64,000 bases of DNA from Camelus ferus (lineage: Eukaryota): NCBI RefSeq assembly GCF_009834535.1, contig NC_045696.1, forward strand, positions 102,178,001 to 102,242,000, in the 5' to 3' direction. Shown piece after piece: positions 40,301-53,613 of the stretch. The position numbers and the translations under genes were made by a program. Within the stretch, counting starts at the first letter, position 1; every line of letters begins with the position of its first letter. Below the pieces are notes generated by a model. It saw only the letters and a list, made by a program, of their open reading frames with translations, had not been told where the DNA came from and ran no database searches.

Positions 40301-41199
40301 TGAATGTTTCATGTAATGGCTGGACTGTTGTTAGGACTCAGATGTATAGGCCTGTAGAATAAGGCAACGTTCCTTTAGGGTCTTCCCTATGTTCTGGGGG
40401 GAAAGTACCTTATTAAAGGCTCCAGAATGTTCCCAGGCACTAGCACAGGCATCTAGCGCTGGTTCCTTATGTGCCTGAAGTCCAGGCAACCAAGAAAAGG
40501 AGCTTGAATTTTATCCCTAATTGGGATTCTGGCATAGAGTGATATATGTGTGAGGAAAGGGTTAATGACAGAAGTCAGGCACAGAGAGGAATAATTCAAC
40601 CCTTAAGAGGCAAATTCCTATCAATTGGAAGGCATCTGGTACAGCCTGAGGGTCAACATCCTCTTGTGGGACATTGTGAGGATGGACGTGGCCCTCCCAA
40701 CCCACCCCACTGCGGTCGGTCGTGCCTGCACTTGGAAGATGATAGCACTAATGGGTAAAAGGGGAGTGAGGGAGGCAGCATTGTTTCCCTGCTGGGACCT
40801 TCCTCTCTTCCCCAAATGGTGGGTGGTAAACTAGGAAGAATTTAAGTGGGTGTCCAAGTAACTCTACTAAGGGACCATCTCTAAAAGAACTGGGAACAAG
40901 AAAATGAAGGCCTCTGCTACCAGTTGGAGTGATGGATAAGTGGCAGCGACCAGGAGGCAAAATAGTGGGTGTCCCAAGGAGGGAGGCCATCCTGCACCTG
41001 CAGGTGGCTGGCAGCTGCAGCGCAGGCAGAGTGGAGCGCAGCGCCTGCTCATCCCCTTGGAGTAAAGCAGAGCAGGTCGGTGCAGGCAGCATTGCTGTGG
41101 CTGAGCAGAGCACCCACGGGGCAGCTGGCACTGAGGCATGGCAAGTTCTACACCGTGGTCACATGCCACCCCTGCTCCCTCCTCCTAGAAGCCCCCAGA

Positions 41200-41378
41200 G
41201 CAGTCATTCCCAAGCCTGGGAGCATGTTAGAATCACTGAGGAGCGCTTACAAATCCCAGATGCCTGGGCCCTGTGCCCAGGAATTCTGATTTATTTACTC
41301 TGTGGTGAGGCCTGGGCTACAGGATTTTTTTGAACTTTATCTAAGTGATTCTAATGAGTGACCAAAGTTGAGACTCTA
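41200..41378. mobile_element. MER5A-like hAT DNA transposon
   Basis: cagtcattcccaagc...ttagaatcactgaggagc...cagatgcctgggccc...ttctgatt...gtgattctaatg...caaagttgaga. Confidence 0.8.
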
Positions 41379-41514
41379 GAAGGACACTGGACAGGGAAGG
41401 ACTGAAGGCCTGTCCCTAGGCAGGTGGGGTTATGATCCAGCAGACAGAGGCCCAGGGGCCAAACTGTTCAAGTGACTTCATGTGGGGTGGGAATCGCACA
41501 CAGTGGGCTCAGGG

Positions 41515-41660
41515 TCCTGGTTCTCCCACCAGGCTGCACACTGGAATCACCCGTGGAGTTGTGCCTGGTGCCTCCCCCCAGGGATTCTGGTTTAATTGGT
41601 ATGGGGTGGGATGGCCCAGGCAGCAGAGCTATTTAAAACACAGCAGCACTTGAGAACCCT
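41515..41660. mobile_element. Second MER5A-like relic
   Basis: ggttctc...ctggaatcacc...gattctggtttaattggtatggggtgggatggcccaggca...ttgagaacc. Confidence 0.7.
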
Positions 41661-42119
41661 TGACCTAGGGGACATTGAAGTCACTCATAAAACTCCCCTT
41701 TGGGATTCCCGTAAATATTCAAGAGACAAGGAAACTCTGGAAGGAATTTTATATTCTGTATGAGTAGGTGGAGGCTCAGAGCCATCCAGATTTGGATGTT
41801 TATACTTCATATTTGCAGTCAGGGTGTTTCAGAGACATTACCCAGATAAGCATTTCCACAGTTCTTAAATCTGGGAAGACAGTCACATTGACAAATCAAA
41901 AACAACAACTGGCAGGCCCCTTTATAGGTGACTTGCTCACCTACCTGAAGCAAACAAATAGAGTTTTCACTTTAAGATTCACAGATTCATTGTCGTAATC
42001 ACAGCCTGCAAACCTGTTATACCACATAAAAAATGGGACTTCAAATATAATGAGCTATTTAGGGCTATCTATTTTCACTTCTTTCATCTTTAACTTGGGA
42101 GAATGCAGATTTGATTAAT

Positions 42120-42360
42120 ATTTATTGAGTATCTAAAAAGTTCCAGTCACTGTCTAACGCGGTTTGGTGAAAATTAGTATATTTAACCTTCATGACAACA
42201 ACTGGTGAGTTAGGTCTTAATAGCAGCTGTTTTACTGAGGAGGAAACTGGCACACAGAGAGGGTAACTAATTTACATGGGATCGTACAACAAATAGACAT
42301 AGGTAGGGAAAATGGGACTAGGACAGATTCCAACTTCAGTTTTTTTCCCACATCACCAAG
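42120..42360 (-). mobile_element. MIR SINE
   Basis: tttattgagtatc...ttttactgaggaggaaactggcacacagagagggtaactaatttac. Confidence 0.7.
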
Positions 42361-43090
42361 CTGCCTTTCTTCCATCTCTACTTATGGACTTAAAAGCATC
42401 CCACGGCTTAACTCTCATTTGCCAGCTTTACTTTCATATGGTAATTTGTTTGGGATGAATTTCATGAAATACTTTTGGAAAATTGCTAAGTAGAGGCTCT
42501 GTATATGAATCTAGACTTACCTATACTATCCTATACCATAGATAATTCTAGGAAAGAGGATTTTTCTCCACTTTTTCTCCACCTAAATTTACTTGGAGCC
42601 CCAATAAATAACATCTTCCTAGAGTCAATACTCTTGAGAGTATTGAGATCAAATCTAATTTCACCAGCTGAAGAGGTGGTATTCTTAAATGACAGTGATT
42701 CTAATTACTGTACTCTCCCATGGATGAATTGGGAAAACATGTGCCGTGTCTATTCCTCAGAAGGCACGCTCTGATAATTTTCAGAACTGTACAGAAGAAA
42801 GTGAAATGTTTTCTATGTAATGAGGTAAATGTGTAAAGAAGAATCAAATGTGTGTTTAAAGTTATAATCCATGTGCAAATAGTGTACATGTTTATTTTAA
42901 GAATTTTTAATTCTTTAACATTCTCAAGAGCTTTCATCTTAGAACACCTTACTCTACTCACTGAATCCCTCTCCCACAAAGAACACGTTTGTATCATCAG
43001 TTATAAATACTCCAAAAGCTCATATCACCATAAGGAACATATTCAACTACTTGAAAATAGTCAAAGAAAATCCTGTTTTGATTTTAAATT

Positions 43091-43943
43091 GCTTCCGATG
43101 CAATTTAAAATGAAAAAGCATTTTCTTTTCAAATGGAATTTCTGGGTTGAGGGAGGCCTTTAAAAATGGTAGAAAAAGTAACTTTAATTGCATAAATCAT
43201 TCGAATATTTGGGTGAACAATAGAAATGAAATCAGTTCTCTTTTAAAAGCAGATCTCAAGTTTAACTCCTATAGGTTACCTAAAACATCATAATAAATCA
43301 CAACCTATGATTTTGAAAATCCTGTGGTTTATGGTAATAAAACCGTATATTAGTATTTAATTTCAAGCAGTTTACACAATGTTTTTGTGTAGAAAAAAAA
43401 AAGGTTGTATATTCATTGACAATGTTCAACTGGACATGGAAATAAAACACCCAGGTATCATTGGCAGAAAATGATAGGACTGAACCTGACTCCATGTTTC
43501 TACTTCTAACATGATTTTTTTTGTTCAGAAACAATATGTACTAGTGGATTTTGTGATATAGAAACTTCTATGACAGAACTCGAGTGGTTTGAGTTGTCTT
43601 AAGATTTTCTCCAGTCTCTATGTTCATCAGTAGCTGAATTTTACTGACTTGAGTATGTATATTACATGTCTTCTCAGCACTTTTAAGCACTTTTAAGGGA
43701 TTGATTCTTTCCTAAATGTTTTTCTTGGTTGTTATTTATTATGACGACTTAAGTGGTAACCTACGGAGTTAAACTTGAGATCTGCTTTTAAAAGAGAGCT
43801 GATTTCATTTCTATTGTTCACCCAAATATTCAAATGATTTATGCGGTTAGAGTTACTTTTTCTATCATTTTTAAAGGCCTCTCTCAACCTAAAGACTCTA
43901 TTTGAAAAGAAAATTCTTTTTGATTTTAAATTGCATTAGAAGC
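43091..43943. repeat. Long inverted repeat: arms 43091-43280 and 43755-43943, about 90% identical
   Basis: Hand alignment of the left arm with the reverse complement of the right arm gave about 17 substitutions and 1 indel over 190 bp. Weaker pairing extends inward to 43305/43727. Confidence 0.95.
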
Positions 43944-46900
43944 TTCCGCTTATTACACAGAACACAAGAAGTGATTGCTTTTTAAGTTCTTGTTTGTTTT
44001 CTTTTTTAAGTAAAATGTTAGCTGTACCATAAGTTCCTCAATAACTTAAGTAAGGGTTGCAATTCAAAGAATGCCTCATGCCAAACTGAATGTGTTTACT
44101 CCAAATATGTTTTTCTGATACTACTATCCAACCTTCCAACTCTTCCACCAGTTTCCAAATATCAAGCCAAGCAGCCACTAGGGTAGATAAAGAAACACTT
44201 AAGTCTACCTTGCTGGTCACCACACAGGGCTCAGGCAGGTGGCTGGCCCCCCAGCTCTGCCCTGCTGCCACTTTCTAAAGTTAAACCCAAACTCTGTGGA
44301 CCAAAAGAATCTGGGGTGTCTGAATGAACCCATGATCTTTAACGTGAACCAATGATCTGCCTGCTAAAACACACCCACCACCTGCATCCAAAAAGCATCA
44401 TTACCTGACCCTGTGAGGAGTAGTTCCAGGGCTCTGAGAGAGGTGCCCAATGCACTGGGCTCCGGGAGAAAGCCATTACCACAGAAACTTTAGACTTCAT
44501 GGTGGCCATGTTGAGAAAACCAGTAAAAAATTCACATTTTATAGTCAATCAACTTCATAAAGTCATACTTAACCTCTTCAGACTTTGAACTAGGTGAACA
44601 GAGAGATGATTTGATTTGTGACTCTATTGCACAAAAGTTGCACATCATTAAAAATAATTTTAGAATTTATTTTCAAATTTTTTAAAAGCACCAAAAAATC
44701 ATTTTTGTGTTTTATTGACTTTCAGACTTACTTAAATCTCAAAACATTATTATCTTTTAATTATTATAAGCTGGTCTTGAGTTTCAAAGTATCATCTGAT
44801 AACCGAATTAATTTTCAATGTGTAAAATATGGGCTTTCTTCCCACAAACAGAACTGTTTTTTTAAGTGAAATCTGGGCAAGATAATTATTACACTCTGTT
44901 TTTACCATATGAAACCTTTAATAAAAAAAAAAAGCTTTTACTATAGCTCTGTGAGTTGTTTCAACCTGCAATATATGACTCCATTTGTTCATAGATACTT
45001 ATGTTAAAAATTGCATTGTATTTTAGACTATAGGTTAGGTGGACTAAACTCAGACATTTATTGCATTACAGGATAGATCTACACTATTATCTTTTGAAAA
45101 ATATGCATAATAGCTCTTCACAAATGTTCACCTCATTAAAAAAGAAATGCCATTTCACTTTAGCTACAAAGACCTTTCCTTGACAAAGGCGTATTTGCTA
45201 CAGTGGTCTGTTTGAATTATTTTTCTCTCTCTCAGATACATTTTTAAAATACCTCTACCTCCAGGTGATTCAAAGATACATGAGATTTTAAAATGTAGGG
45301 TTTTTTTTTTTCATGGCTATGCATCAGTAGCATAACAAAGGTCAGCTTAGCCATGTCTTGCATGTGGCATATATCTGACTGCTTCTATCCGTTTAGCCTC
45401 ACTAACTGCACCTCTCCAGATTTCAGTGTGTTTGTCCTTTTCAAATCATCTTCTGCTGGGTTAGAGCCATGACTTTTGAATTATTAACACATTGCCTCCC
45501 AGAAACGAGAGAATACAAGTGCTGAATTATCCTGTATGTCTCCAGGTCAGTCTTCACACAACCTTGGCATCTGGGAAGTAGGGCAGGTTGGATGGCAAAC
45601 ACTGAAACTGGGAGACCTGGGAGACCCTGGGCTCTCAGCCTGGGTCAGCTCATGCACTTGTGGTAGCTTCTGATACAAGAGATTCTTTTCTTTTACTCTT
45701 TACTATTTTGTATGCTTTTTTTTTCTTACTATGTCATGGGCAACATTCTAGGCCACAATATAGATGTCCTTCATTAAAATGAGACTTGTGTATATATGCT
45801 AAGTGATAGTTACCTAGATCATTTGGTATTGTTTTTCCTACCATTTCTCATAATTTATCATATCTTGTCTTTTATACAGAGTTAGGCTGTAAAGAGGACA
45901 GGAGAAGAAACTCCCTCTTCTTGAAGGAAGGTTTGCATGGACTGCCCTTTTCTGAAGATTTTTAAGACAATCTTCCCATATTAATGTCTTCCCGGTGTTA
46001 AGGCCACTTCCAGCAGGAGGATAGGCTGTGGACCACTTGTGGTTTTTGTTCTTTCATTCCCTCATCTGAATCCCAGTCCCCAAGGACATAAAAAGATGCC
46101 CTTACTATTTGGGGGGAGAATTCAAATTGGTAAAACTCAGCTGCATTCACTGCGGGCTCTAGAGAGTTTGGAGCAGAGATCAGTAAAGAGGAAGCCTGGG
46201 GATTGCGGTTTGCTTTCCTTAACAATAGAGCATTCAAAATCTCAAGAGCTCAGTGAGACCAAGACACCCAAGAGGAGGCCTGAGGGGGTGAATTTAGTTC
46301 TTTTGTGAATGGGGATAATGACAGCTTCTACTTCACGGCCCAGAAATCTATAACAAGACTCACCAAATGCTGTTGATGAATGAATAGAACTGTTGTGAGG
46401 ATTCAATTTGTTTTCACACACTCCTTGTTTTAACAGTGTTGTGGCACTCTATGCATGTTAGGTTTTGTTTTGGTTATTTTGTTTTGTTTTCTGAGTGCTA
46501 GAATTAGGATTCGTAATTATGTCTTGCAGTTTGAGCTTCCAGTTTGTAATGGGATTATCTTATTCCATGAAATCAAATTTAAAATGCTGAAAGACGATAG
46601 GTTGACATAGGCAAATCCTGGATCATAGTATAGCAATTTTGCAATGACTTTAGACAGAGTAGTGAGCAACCTGAAGCCCATTGGATCAGAAAACGGGTAG
46701 AGAGGAACGCACATATTTACAGAGAAGTGAGAGGCCAGATCTGCTCTTTGCACAGCTGCCTGATTCTTGTCTCTGTTTTCTGTGTTGCAACAACTATTTG
46801 GATAGTGGTTGGGGGACTTTGGACAGACTTGAGAAAATGCCTGGGCAATCTTCCATCTGGTCAGTAAGGAAAAACCTTGACCAGATAAAGTAACTTGATA

Positions 46901-48341
46901 AATGACTACCACTCGTAATAATTTCCTTGCTTATTAGCCACTTCTTGTTTATTAGCCAAAAGCCTCTCCATTCCTCGAAAGCAGATATTCATTCCTTTCT
47001 CCTTGTGCAGTACATGTCACATACTCGATAAATGCAGGCTGAAATAAGTCATAAACCTAAAACGAGGCTGCAGCTGCTGGCCAGGTTCAAGAACAGGTGA
47101 TGCTCAGGTTCAACTCTGGGCAAACACAACCCCCAGTTTCTCACTCCTCCATCCTGGAGTCATGGAGGTGCATCTGTTTCTCTCATCATTAATTTGAATC
47201 AAAGTAAGGCACTCTGATAGATGTTTCTTTTGCTAAATTAACTAGAAGTACAACATCAAATATAGTGTGCAATCTTTTTAGTCTTCCATTTGTGAATTCT
47301 TCGCTTTTTAATATGTATCAACAGCTTTATCTAATACTCTATGAATACCATGTAAATTTTATAAATATCAAATACTGTCTACAATCCTCTGCCTTCTCAG
47401 TCTCTCCTTAGAAGATAGTAACCATTCATAGGTCACAGAATCCTTACAATTAAAAGCATGACTTTCCTTTTCCTCTCTGTTAAAATTTACTTCAAGTTTT
47501 CTTAACAGTTAAAAATTCCTGCTCTAATGTGTTCAGTTCACCCAATATATAAAACTATCCAACAGAACAGTGTTGGATCCTTCCAAAATCCACACAGATC
47601 CCTTTATGGGCTGACATTCCCTAAGCAAAACTTCATAATGCTCTTGTTTTATCCAACCCCCTAGAGAGGATTACATATCAAACACAATAAAAACTTTTTA
47701 CTAGAAATGAGGCCAAAATGCTTCAGATGAATAAAAAAAATCCTCTAGATCTTTTTCAAAAGCCAAATGAACATGGGCTTTTTCTCCATTCTGTGTTTTT
47801 ATCAAAAAATTTTTTAAGTTTACTTTGTGTTTTTGTTAACTATCTCAGTGTTGTGGTTTAGGCCATAAAACACTGACTTCCTTCCAAAAGGCATTTCCCA
47901 CCCTGAAATAAGATACTGTGATTGTTGCTCAAGAGGCTTGACCGGGTCTCTGAACCTGGACAAGTTAGATGACCCAGGAGACACTGCACCGTGTTCAGAT
48001 GCTCTGTCTCCTCCCACCATCACCTGCCTCTCTCCTCATCTTTAAGATACACATACATGTTCTCCTTCAGGCTTGTTTTCTTTTTCTTCAGAGATAAGAT
48101 CCTTGCTGACTTCATATTTCTGTCTTTTAATGTTGTTGATGTTGTTTTTCTCAACTTAGGAGTCATGAAGATCAACCAAAGTGAAGATAAATTCCTGATT
48201 TATCAGCTAGTCCAAACTCTGCAGATAGTAAATGCTCAAGAAATACGTGTTGCCTTTTCTTTCTTTTGAGCTAGAGGGGTAAGTTGAAGTATAGAAGGCC
48301 CCTTCTCCTTAGCCCCCTCCTAGATATGTTAGGACTTTTTC

Positions 48342-48417
48342 TAGGCTGGACTATGTGAAATGACTGCTATTTGAAGGTTTTGACCTACAAAAATGGCAAT
48401 TTCATACCATTCAACTA
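48342..48417. mobile_element. MADE2-like Tc1/mariner MITE
   Basis: About 76 bp with degenerate terminal inverted repeats taggctggactatgtgaaat...atttcataccattcaacta and the core ttttgacctacaaaaa. Confidence 0.75.
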
Positions 48418-48475
48418 AGTCTGTGCTGCTAAACAGCTGGACATTCTATTTGTTAAGAGTTCCTACCCTCATTAC

Positions 48476-48590
48476 TAGGTAGCCAACCAGTGGTCCTAAT
48501 TTGCAGAAGACTGAGGGGCTTCTAGGCTATAGGATTTCAGTGCTACAGCTGGAAAAGACCCCAGCAAACCAGGACAAGTTGGTCACTCTC
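48476..48590 (+). mobile_element. MER81-like hAT-Blackjack MITE with 8-bp TSD
   Basis: tagg..ccaacc...gactgagggg...ttcagtgcta...gcaaaccaggacaagttggtcactct. Flanked by ctcattac (48468-48475) and ctcattag (48591-48598). Confidence 0.85.
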
Positions 48591-48689
48591 CTCATTAGAC
48601 TGCAGTCAAATTTTGCTTTCTGTGCTTTCTTATTTCCTAAAAGTGTAAAGAAAAAAAATGTCTAAATTTCTCATAATAATATAATCATC

Positions 48690-48910
48690 AATAAGGTTTA
48701 TTGAAGGCCCACCATGTGCAGACACCTGAGATCATTTGTTTAATCCTTCCAGTAATCCTATGGGGTAGGTACTATTCTTGTCTCCATTTCACCAGTGGGT
48801 GAATGGAGGCACAGAAAAGTAAAGCAACCTGATTGAGGTCACAGAGCCTGCAGTGGTGGAGGAGGGAGCTGAGCACAAGGACTCTGAATCCAGGGTTAGT
48901 GCTCAAAGGA
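48690..48910 (-). mobile_element. MIR SINE
   Basis: cctatggggtaggtactatt...ccatttcac...ggaggcacagaaaagtaaagcaacctg...ggtcacagag. Confidence 0.75.
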
Positions 48911-51900
48911 GAAATATTCACTTCTCCCTTCCCTGGGTGTCTATAGTTTCTGCAAACTTGGCCAATGAAAGTGGTTTCTGAGGAAAAGGAGTACAAATTG
49001 TTTTTTCTGTCCTTCTCTGGCTTTAGTCTGTTTCCTTTTCCTCCCACACCCATGCCCTGAGTGTTAGCATTCATTACAGCTACTTATTTTTGGTCATGTC
49101 ACTGCCCAGCCCCGACCTGGTGACCTTCCCCTCACCTTGTCCCAGATGCACATGCTCAGCCCTTAACATGAGATGTCACTCTCTGTCTGCTAAGCCTGTC
49201 CCTCTGCCTGGACCACCACTTCCCACAAAACAGTTTCACCTGCGGCCCCTGCCACCCGCTGTCCCCACTGCTAAGGGCACAGGGGAGGAGAGTTACGCAT
49301 CAGGAGGTGGGCCTGTTGCTCAGTCTCGGAGAGTGTTGGATCCTGAAAGTCGTGCTAAGCAGTTTGGCTTTTATTTGATAGACAGTAAGGAGCCAGCTAA
49401 AGTTTATAAGCAACGGCATGAACACACTGTGTTTTAGGAAGATGAGTCAGAAGATGGACTGGAGCAGGGAATCTATAGGATTACTTTCATTATATGAGAG
49501 CTGACCAATTCTGATGCGGTAGCACTCAGTGTGTACTGTGTGGCACCAACACAACTAGTCAATTAAGTGCGGGGGGTAGGGGGACAGCGTAATCCAGTTA
49601 CTTCAGCCTTGTGGTCATGTTCCCTGATTTTTACTCTCCTGAACCGATTGAAATTTCTAACAAAAAAAAAAAAAAAATACAAGTTGTCAAGTTTTGTCAA
49701 GTGTCAAACACTTTAGATCAGATTAGGTTTAGATTTAAATTTAGGTTTAGATTGGATCATACGGTGCTCCAAAATGGCTAATATGTTTAGTGAAAATGAT
49801 AGTTTATTAATCTTATATTAAGACCTAAAAAAGAATGATGGAACACATTTCATGCTATCTATGAAAAATGGTGAAAATCAAAAACAAAAATGAAAATGTT
49901 AAATCTGTGAAAGAGAAACAAGTGCTGGAATATGCTATCAAACCACAGTTCTGTATATGTTTGTGGATTCCAAGCAGAGTTACCTAAAACTGCGTGGAAA
50001 AGGTTTCAAAACTAGAGAGGTAAAAGCCTGCTTTATTTTAAACCTACTTTAAAATGAGAAAACCTCTCCCCAAATAACCCTGGTTCCTATTATGAAGTAG
50101 ATCTGCTTTAAATGAATGCAACACTTTTCTACGTATGTGTCCATAGTTCCCCAAGCGTGCCCAAGCCCCTCACCCCACAGGAAGCTTGATATGTAGTTCA
50201 ACACATAAGATAGCATATACTTTGCTCGGATACTTCCTTGCTAAGTTCAAGATCCTTACAATGGCTGCTAAATCCTAATATTTCAAAGACTGTCTACATT
50301 AATATCTTTCAAAGCCCCAAACCTTGGCAAGGAACAAAAATTGGTTTTGAATCTGCTTCAAGAATTAATATTAGAGAATAGGAGATTTTCCTCTCAGCAA
50401 GTAGAAGCTGAATAAATTGTTCTCTGTCTCCTTAGAAATGGAATTGATTACTAGAGGTGAGCGCTGCTGTGAGAAGGCAGGGTGCAATGCTGGGTAGGGC
50501 GCGTGTGGGCTGAGAGGGGCCTTTGTTCTCTTCAATTATTGGCAGGTCTGTTTCTCTAAACCCAGTATAAATGCTAAAATACAGGAAGTAAGTATATTAG
50601 CTTGGAGTTACATTAAAGACAACTGGAATTGCTGAGAGGTTACTGGCTGTTTTCTTTTATTACTGTGCACACGGAGCAGCCTGCTCTGAAACATTTCTGG
50701 GTGTCCTCGCCGCAATGGCAGGTGAATTGAAACAATCCTGTCAGACTTGCCTTCGGTTCTGTTCCTTGGAACAGGACAGCAGACCCGAGAGACTGCTCCT
50801 TGTGGTGCTTCTGGCATCTGCTTTGTCACTCTCTGCCCCACGCAAGCAGGGATTCTCTGGTTGCGGGTTTGGTGTAGTTCCTCCATCAAATATTTCAGTG
50901 ATGATTTTTTGACTTTGTTATTTTTTTCTATTTATAAAAATAACATAATTCTTATAGTATACCAGTAAATACGAAAAAGAACAATGAGACTAAAACGAAA
51001 TCCTGCTGCCTAAAAGCAACCGCTATATCTGCTAGTATTTTGGCATTTTTTCCTTCCAGTCTTTCTTAGTTGTTTTAATTTAGTCGAGGAGAAACTGTGT
51101 AATTTTGTATCCTGCACCATCTACCTGACAGTTATGGCCTAAGCATTTCCCAGTAATTCTGTCTTCTTCTTTGTTTTGTCATCGCTGGCCAAGTAGGTGT
51201 GTCTAGATCCATCTACTTTTCTTCTCTTAAAAACCTGTGGATTTTTATCATTTTATTCTCTCTTATTTATGTGTCGAATTACATCAGATTCCACAACAAC
51301 TTAATGACACCATCTAAGTTTTAAGGGGATAAAATGTTCTTCACTGTAGGCCCAGAAATACACTCTGAGGTTGACTGTAATGCCATTTGAGTGCTGATTC
51401 CTAGGGTAAAAGAAGAAATGTTTCCCCAAGAGAGTCACAGAGCAAAGGAAGATTGTGGGGGAGATTTGGAGGATGAGATTCATATGCTACTTCAGCATCT
51501 AGAGAAGGCATCCATCACTAAGCTGGCAGAGCCAGAGTCCTCACTTGTCACTTACTTGCTGTGTTATCTTAAATATGTCACTTCGCTGAGCCACAGAGGC
51601 TTCATCTGTGCAATGGGAGAAGTAACACCTAACCCACGTGGGAGCATTGTTTCGCACGTAATCGATGTTTGTTGGAGCTCTATCCTTCCTGTTCAAGATG
51701 AGGTCTTTTCGTAATGGATTTCTGTTAATTTAAACAATATAAAAATAGGGAAATGCCATTTTCAAAAGCCTTAATAATATGAAAACTAGTTCCTAAATTA
51801 ACTGCATCCTCCTTTAGCCAGCATTTTTTAAGCAGGTAGCCCGTATTTTGCCTGGGCTGACAATTCCTTTTGACATCTGTATAGCACTCAGTGTACTTTG

Positions 51901-52744
51901 TTCATCTTGGTCAAGTGTGGATGTAGAGTCTCAAGAAATCTATGAATTGGTCATAATGATGGACACTCTGGAAACCCAAACGATTAGTGTAGATAGAATT
52001 CTAGGCGCTTGTTTCCAAAAATATATGAAAAAACTGATTTTGGTACTGTCAAGCATTTTCAAAACAACTATATACATATAAAGAAACAACATGGCTACCA
52101 CACATTCATTCCTGATTATTAAAGCTGACCCAGTTCTCCTCTCTGCACATTCTCCAGTCCCACCCCTGCCTTGCCTTCAGCTTGACTCAGACAACTGAGG
52201 CCATCAGTTGGATGGAGAATCTATTACCCTTGATCCCCCATCTCAGTTCAGCTTCTATCCTTTTCTTCTCCTATGTCAGCAGGGTCTTGGGACTCTTCAG
52301 GAACTTGGGTTATCTTCTTCCCCACTTGTATCGTCAACCTCTCCATCCTTTCTAGCTGTTTCTCCTCAGTACAGTGTTTTTCATTATAGATAACAGATAC
52401 ATTCTTCAATCCACCTCTGATTTATCTGAGACAGTCAGTCCTTTCCTGGTCTTCCTTTCTCAGTCTTCCATCTTCTTTGCTGAGTCTTTAAAGTCTACAT
52501 TTAGAAAGGATCCCCCAAGTCATGGCCTTTCAGCATGTCAAAGAAATATAACATTACCATTAAATTTCATTGTTTGACTTGGATGGAAGAGACAGCTATA
52601 TTCAACTCGTTTTTCTCTTTATATAGCTTATGTGACAGAAATAAAAGTAAAGACATGTACCATCAAAACTGTGTTTCTTTCTCTTTACCTTCTTGCCTTA
52701 GGTATAGACAATCCACAAAATGTTGTCATGATTTGTTGTCTTTC

Positions 52745-52985
52745 AACAATTAATAATTGAGAATCCCTATGTGCTAGACATTGAGGGGAGTACAGAAAAA
52801 TAGTGATAACTGTTACCCTTCACTGAGCCCCTCATGTTTGCCAGAAGGTTTACATAATAACAACCTTGCACAGTAGGTATTAAGTTCTCCAATTTTACAT
52901 GGAATGATGTTGAGGCTTCAAGTTCTCAAGTTCACACAGCTTGCGACCAAAGAGCTGGGATTCAAGCTGTGTCTTTATAACTTGA
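52745..52985 (-). mobile_element. L2 tail followed by MIR fragment
   Basis: ttcaacaattaataattgagaatccctatgtgctagac, then gtaggtatt...ttttac...tgaggc...cacacagc...agagctgggattcaa. Confidence 0.6.
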
Positions 52986-53613
52986 CACTTTCTTTTTATG
53001 ACTCAACACTAAGTGTTGAGCACATATAACAGCTCCTAAGAGGAACAAATTATGAGGAGGGGTGATTACTGGGGTTAGCTCTGAGTTTTGATAAAATTAA
53101 TTGTGTAGTTTTTTAATTTATTCATTTGTTTTTCTAAAAACTAAGAAAAATATGAAGTTCTGCAAAGTTTGAGTTTTGTAAAAGGTAAAAAGAAGTCACT
53201 CCTCTCCACATTTTTCATTTCAATTTATAAATCAATTTTTGCTACCTTATAAAATCACGCACTTTGGAAGCAAAGGTAAGCATAATTTTATGGAGAAATA
53301 TGAAAATACGTTCAGAAAAGTTACATGCTGGCCTTTTGCTGGTCATTCCTAAGACCTGTAGACTAGGAATTTTTACATGATTCGGGAGGTGTTGAAGCTG
53401 TGTCTCCCCGACAGCTCATTAATTATGGACATTTTCTCTCTTTCTCTACATGGAATTTTGGGACTGGAAGAGAGCCTGTTACATAGCCCCCATAGGAAAA
53501 TAAGCAATGACCTGAGGACCAAATGAGATCGGAGCAGGTCTAATGAGAATCAGGAGGTGTGCATAGTGAGAGGCAGGCAGTGGGCCTAACGAGAAACTTA
53601 ACAGAATCTGTTT

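Noticed and set aside
40748..41333. Cluster of 100-134 aa ORFs on both strands
   Set aside because: A GC-rich patch has fewer stop codons, and I recognise no homology.
53002..53020. Perfect 9-bp-arm palindrome ctcaacact-a-agtgttgag
   Set aside because: About one is expected by chance in 64 kb.
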